The notes beneath the pieces are model-generated. The model did no database searches. It was not told where the DNA came from and was given only the letters and a program-made list of their open reading frames with translations. From Candidatus Lloydbacteria bacterium RIFCSPHIGHO2_02_FULL_50_18 (lineage in GTDB: Bacteria > Patescibacteriota > Minisyncoccia > Phycocordibacterales > UBA6899), in the NCBI GenBank assembly GCA_001821395.1, contig MHLM01000015.1, positions 2,293 to 66,292 of the forward strand: a stretch of 64,000 nucleotides of DNA. The letters are read 5' to 3'. The stretch's first letter is position 1. Every line of letters begins with the position of its first letter. Below, piece by piece: positions 61,121-64,000 of the stretch. The position numbers and the translations under genes were made by a program.

Positions 61121-61411
61121 TCAGATCGAAAACGCAGACGCGACGACCGTGCGTATATCCTTCTCAAATTTCAGTGAAACGCCTTCACCTTTTGCGCACG
61201 TGATCGCATAGGCATCTATATACGCTTCGGCGAACCGTTTTACGGCAACATGCACCGCTTTGATCTGTCCGATATTTACGAGGCAATCGCCCTGCTTATC
61301 GGACTCGACCGAACGCTTGATGCCTTCGATCTGCCCTTGGATACGATTGAGGCGATGAAGCAACGCTTCTCGCTCATCTGCGGTCTTATTTAATTCTTGT
61401 GAATTTTTCAT
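61121..61411 (-). CDS. CsoR/RcnR-family (DUF156) metalloregulator, CstR-like
   Basis: LLHRLNRIQGQIEGIKRSVE helix. Conserved Cys in DCLVNIG and ITCAKGEG. The CsoR His position is Tyr, giving a Cys...Cys arrangement. Confidence 0.85.
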   Translation of the reverse strand: MKNSQELNKTADEREALLHRLNRIQGQIEGIKRSVESDKQGDCLVNIGQIKAVHVAVKRFAEAYIDAYAITCAKGEGVSLKFEKDIRTVVASAFSI

Positions 61412-61418
61412 GCATACA

Positions 61419-61442
61419 CTATATACCCCATGGGGTATATAG
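61419..61442. promoter_or_regulatory. Perfect 24-nt palindrome CTATATACCCCATGGGGTATATAG; putative CsoR/CstR operator
   Basis: ATACC-N-GGTAT-type inverted repeat with a central G/C tract, 8 nt upstream of the regulator start codon. Confidence 0.65.
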
Positions 61443-61573
61443 TCAACAGCGCGATAAGTTCTTTTCGGTATCGGGTTCTTCTATTCGTATCGCAACGCTT
61501 CCATAGGCAAGGGATCATTTAATTTCCGTTTCCTATTAACACCATCAGGCACCCATCTGTACAGAGGGGCACC

Positions 61574-61975
61574 CTATGGGGCTTTCTGTGCGGCGCTCAT
61601 TTCTTGCAATTTTTTCACGAAAGGGATATCGGCGGGAGCAAAGTCAAAATTGTTCAAATCAGCGATATCGAGCAGCATGATCGCATCATGAACGGTCAGC
61701 TTGAAATCACCCGAGACATGCTCGGTATGATACGCACGGAGATGAATGGCCTTCTCACCGTATGCATGGATATTTTCCGCAAACAATTCGCCAACGCGGG
61801 CCGTGATCGCGAATTCTTCGAGCAGCTCCCTTTTCAGACACTCCTCCGGCGTCTCCCCCGCCTCGATCTTCCCGCCCGGAAACTCCCACATACCCGAAAA
61901 CGCCTGACCAGAACCCCTGCGGGCAATGAGCACCATTCCGTCCTTCATGATCACTGCTGCGCTGACCTCGATCAT
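61574..61975 (-). CDS. NUDIX hydrolase (MutT-like)
   Basis: GGKIEAGETPEECLKRELLEEFAI Nudix box. Confidence 0.8.
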   Translation of the reverse strand: MIEVSAAVIMKDGMVLIARRGSGQAFSGMWEFPGGKIEAGETPEECLKRELLEEFAITARVGELFAENIHAYGEKAIHLRAYHTEHVSGDFKLTVHDAIMLLDIADLNNFDFAPADIPFVKKLQEMSAAQKAP

Positions 61976-62304
61976 ACCGGGGTCATAACGATCTTCTCAC
62001 CTTCCGAGATCCAAGCCATGATGCCGCCTTCCAAGTCACAGACATTTTTGAATCCGCTCATTTCCATGAATGGTACGACCATCATCGTCCGCCCGCCCGA
62101 AGCGCAGTAGAAACAATAGGTCTTCTCCTTGGGGAGTGCCGTGGCCTTAGTCATGAATCCTCTATCTGAGAGATCCATCCATACCGAATTCGGGATGCGC
62201 CCTTCCGCAACTTCCGCCTCGGTACGCACGTCAACAATGACGAGGTTCGATTCGTTGGCGATACGTTCTTTGAGTTTTGCTACGTTTATTGAAGTCATGT
62301 GCAT
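61972..62304 (-). CDS. Rhodanese-like sulfurtransferase
   Basis: Single rhodanese domain with active-site Cys in CFYCASGGRT. Confidence 0.8.
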   Translation of the reverse strand: MHMTSINVAKLKERIANESNLVIVDVRTEAEVAEGRIPNSVWMDLSDRGFMTKATALPKEKTYCFYCASGGRTMMVVPFMEMSGFKNVCDLEGGIMAWISEGEKIVMTPV

Positions 62305-62541
62305 TTATGCAAGAAGGCGGTCAAACTCATTCGGCTGAAAGCCGACGATGATTTGTCCGTCGATCTCTACGACGGGAACACCCATCTGCCCGCTCTTCGA
62401 GATCATTTCCGACGCTTTCGCCCTGTCGGCACCCACGTCAAAATTGGCATAAGTCACGCCCTTTTTATCGAGATAATCCTTTGCCAACACACAGTAATGG
62501 CATGTTGAGGTCGAATATACGGTGACATTGTGATTGCTCAT
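62305..62541 (-). CDS. Glutaredoxin-like (NrdH/Grx) small redox protein
   Basis: VTVYSTSTCHYCVLAKDYL... CxxC in a thioredoxin fold, plus GVPVVEIDG. Confidence 0.75.
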   Translation of the reverse strand: MSNHNVTVYSTSTCHYCVLAKDYLDKKGVTYANFDVGADRAKASEMISKSGQMGVPVVEIDGQIIVGFQPNEFDRLLA

Positions 62542-62563
62542 AGTGATGTTATTTAGTGAATGA

Positions 62564-62854
62564 TTACATGAGATACGCCGACGCAATAATAGTGCGAATG
62601 TTGTTCTCAAATTTTGTTGAAACGCCCTCCTTCCGTGCACAACTGAGCGCATACGTTTCTACATATGCTTCAGCAAAATGCTTTACTGCGGAATGCACTG
62701 CTTTCACCTGTCCGAGGTTTGTAAGACAATTATCCTGCTTACTCGTTTCGATAGAACGTTTAATACCTTCGATTTGCCCTTGAATACGATTAAGACGATG
62801 AAGCAATGCCTCCCGCGCCAGATCGCGCGGTGTTACTTCGGCGGTTTTTTTCAT
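62564..62854 (-). CDS. CsoR/RcnR-family (DUF156) regulator paralog, CstR-like
   Basis: LLHRLNRIQGQIEGIKRSIE...DNCLTNLG...LSCARKEG; ~75% identical to the paralog at 61121-61411. Heads a grx-rhodanese-NUDIX operon. Confidence 0.85.
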   Translation of the reverse strand: MKKTAEVTPRDLAREALLHRLNRIQGQIEGIKRSIETSKQDNCLTNLGQVKAVHSAVKHFAEAYVETYALSCARKEGVSTKFENNIRTIIASAYLM

Positions 62855-62864
62855 GCCGTGATTA

Positions 62865-62883
62865 TATACCCTGTGGGGTATAA
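62865..62883. promoter_or_regulatory. Imperfect palindrome TATACCCTGTGGGGTATA; putative operator of the second CsoR/CstR paralog
   Basis: Same half-sites as the 61419-61442 operator, ~10 nt upstream of the start codon. Confidence 0.6.
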
Positions 62884-63066
62884 AGGTCAATAGGTAACAC
62901 ACCTTCTGATCCGCATTAAAAATTACCCCATGATTCATCATGGAGTATCATAGGATAATTTTATTTATGATTTGAGGATAAAAACTTGATTGATACTACC
63001 CTCCCCGCTATCAACATCCGCATGATACACGTGCGATACGAGTTGGAATTATCGTATCAGCAATAG

Positions 63067-63312
63067 CTACTGAAGATCCTTTTTCTTTTCCTCAAACTCC
63101 TTTTTATCGATCTCCCCCTTGGCATAGCGCTCTTTTAAGATATCAAGCGGAGATTTTTCATGTGCGCCATTATCATGACCATGTCCGCATCCATGACCAC
63201 CCCCAAGGCCCGCCCTTACGAAAGAGACGATCGCCCAGATGACGAGGCCCCAAAAGAGCAGCATGAAGAACGAACCAAAGCCGCCCATATAACCATATCC
63301 ATAATCCATCAT
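63067..63312 (-). CDS. SHOCT-domain membrane protein with Gly/His-rich segment
   Basis: TM helix, GGGHGCGHGHDNGAHE, and a C-terminal SHOCT motif LDILKERYAKGEIDKKEFEEKKKDL. Confidence 0.65.
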   Translation of the reverse strand: MMDYGYGYMGGFGSFFMLLFWGLVIWAIVSFVRAGLGGGHGCGHGHDNGAHEKSPLDILKERYAKGEIDKKEFEEKKKDLQ

Positions 63313-63358
63313 ATTCTTTGTGAATTACTATTTAATAATTGATTCAGTCAGCCAACAA

Positions 63359-63682
63359 TTAAAACGTGACCACCTTATCCGACGTCTCGATCATTGCAAG
63401 CAGGTCAGCCATCGTGGAGATGGGACATACTGCATTTTCCTCGTGGTGACGCATCTTGATGCACGTGCCGCACACAAGCAGTTCCCCTTTCAGTGCCTTG
63501 AACTCCGCTACTTTTACCGAGATGTCGAAATTTGTTGTATCAATGATCGTGTCGAGTTCCGACCCCTCGCTCAGTAAAAAAACTGAGGCCTGATTTCCCG
63601 CCTTCAGCGCGGTGATTCCGAGGCGAAACGCATTCCACACGTGTTCGGGGTTGTTCGACTGCAAGATGATGCCGAGTTTCAT
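63359..63682 (-). CDS. DsrE/DsrF-like sulfur-relay family protein
   Basis: MKLGIILQSNNPE...LVCGTCIKM; DsrE-fold size with conserved Cys motifs. Confidence 0.7.
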   Translation of the reverse strand: MKLGIILQSNNPEHVWNAFRLGITALKAGNQASVFLLSEGSELDTIIDTTNFDISVKVAEFKALKGELLVCGTCIKMRHHEENAVCPISTMADLLAMIETSDKVVTF

Positions 63683-64000
63683 GCGTGCATTATATTATGA
63701 AACAACCACTCTGTACAAAAAAATAATCTTCATGAATATGGTTCTATTTTGAATCGTGGTGCCTGACCTCATTTTCATCCAAGGTTCCACCTTGGATGAG
63801 GTTGGCGATGAGACCTTATCGACACTTCATACAAGACCACACGAAACTGAGATCGAATGTATTTATCTCTGTTTTCATCAGACCACATATTTTCCATAAT
63901 GGAGGGGTCTGCTTTTATTCAACCTTGAATTGCAACAGTAACTCCTATTGGCGCGAGCCGAAAAACGAACATACCCGTCGGGATATACTGGTGGTGTTAT

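Overview
This 64 kb bacterial window is almost entirely minus-strand coding; only thyA and folA are on the plus strand. Taxonomy cannot be assigned from sequence alone.

Read right to left in minus-strand gene order:
- a sulfur/persulfide-stress cluster: DsrE-like protein, SHOCT protein, two paralogous CsoR/CstR-type repressors with palindromic operators, glutaredoxin-like protein, rhodanese, NUDIX, DUF2892 membrane proteins;
- two RND efflux systems, a PlsC-like acyltransferase and a short SSB-like protein ending in DIPF;
- a heavy-metal module: P1B-ATPase, DUF2933-like protein, HME-RND CzcA/CusA-like pump with adaptor, Met-rich membrane protein;
- an alpha-glucan/glycogen cluster: GT4, GH57, GH15, pgi, ROK-family kinase;
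- thyA-folA divergent from tgt;
- a nucleotide-excision-repair cluster uvrB / FIST sensor / histidine kinase / double-REC regulator / uvrA / uvrC / ddl;
- a cluster of three tRNA-Ala genes (TGC, CGC, GGC);
- a 7.1 kb defense island: Type I RM hsdM-hsdS-hsdR with an embedded Shedu-like PD-(D/E)XK nuclease (DUF4263-like) and a FicA-like/Fic pair;
- an ABC exporter, NUDIX, NOX/ferric-reductase-like flavocytochrome, a UvrD-like helicase-nuclease, xseA (with N-terminal HRDC) and xseB, a DUF2207 protein and tRNA-Pro;
- at the left edge, a NuoL-like antiporter subunit (truncated) and a NuoB-like subunit that has lost all Fe-S cysteine ligands.

The most striking non-coding signal is a conserved ~34-nt element fused to 3'-end fragments of three different tRNAs (Pro-CGG, Ala-TGC, Ala-GGC), always breaking in the T-loop. 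These look like attR-type scars of a tRNA-targeting integrative element. One pair brackets the defense island; two others bracket 'empty' 250-380 bp remnants. No integrase, transposase or CRISPR array was seen in the window. Coordinates derived by hand, especially tRNAs and refined starts, may be off by 1-2 nt.
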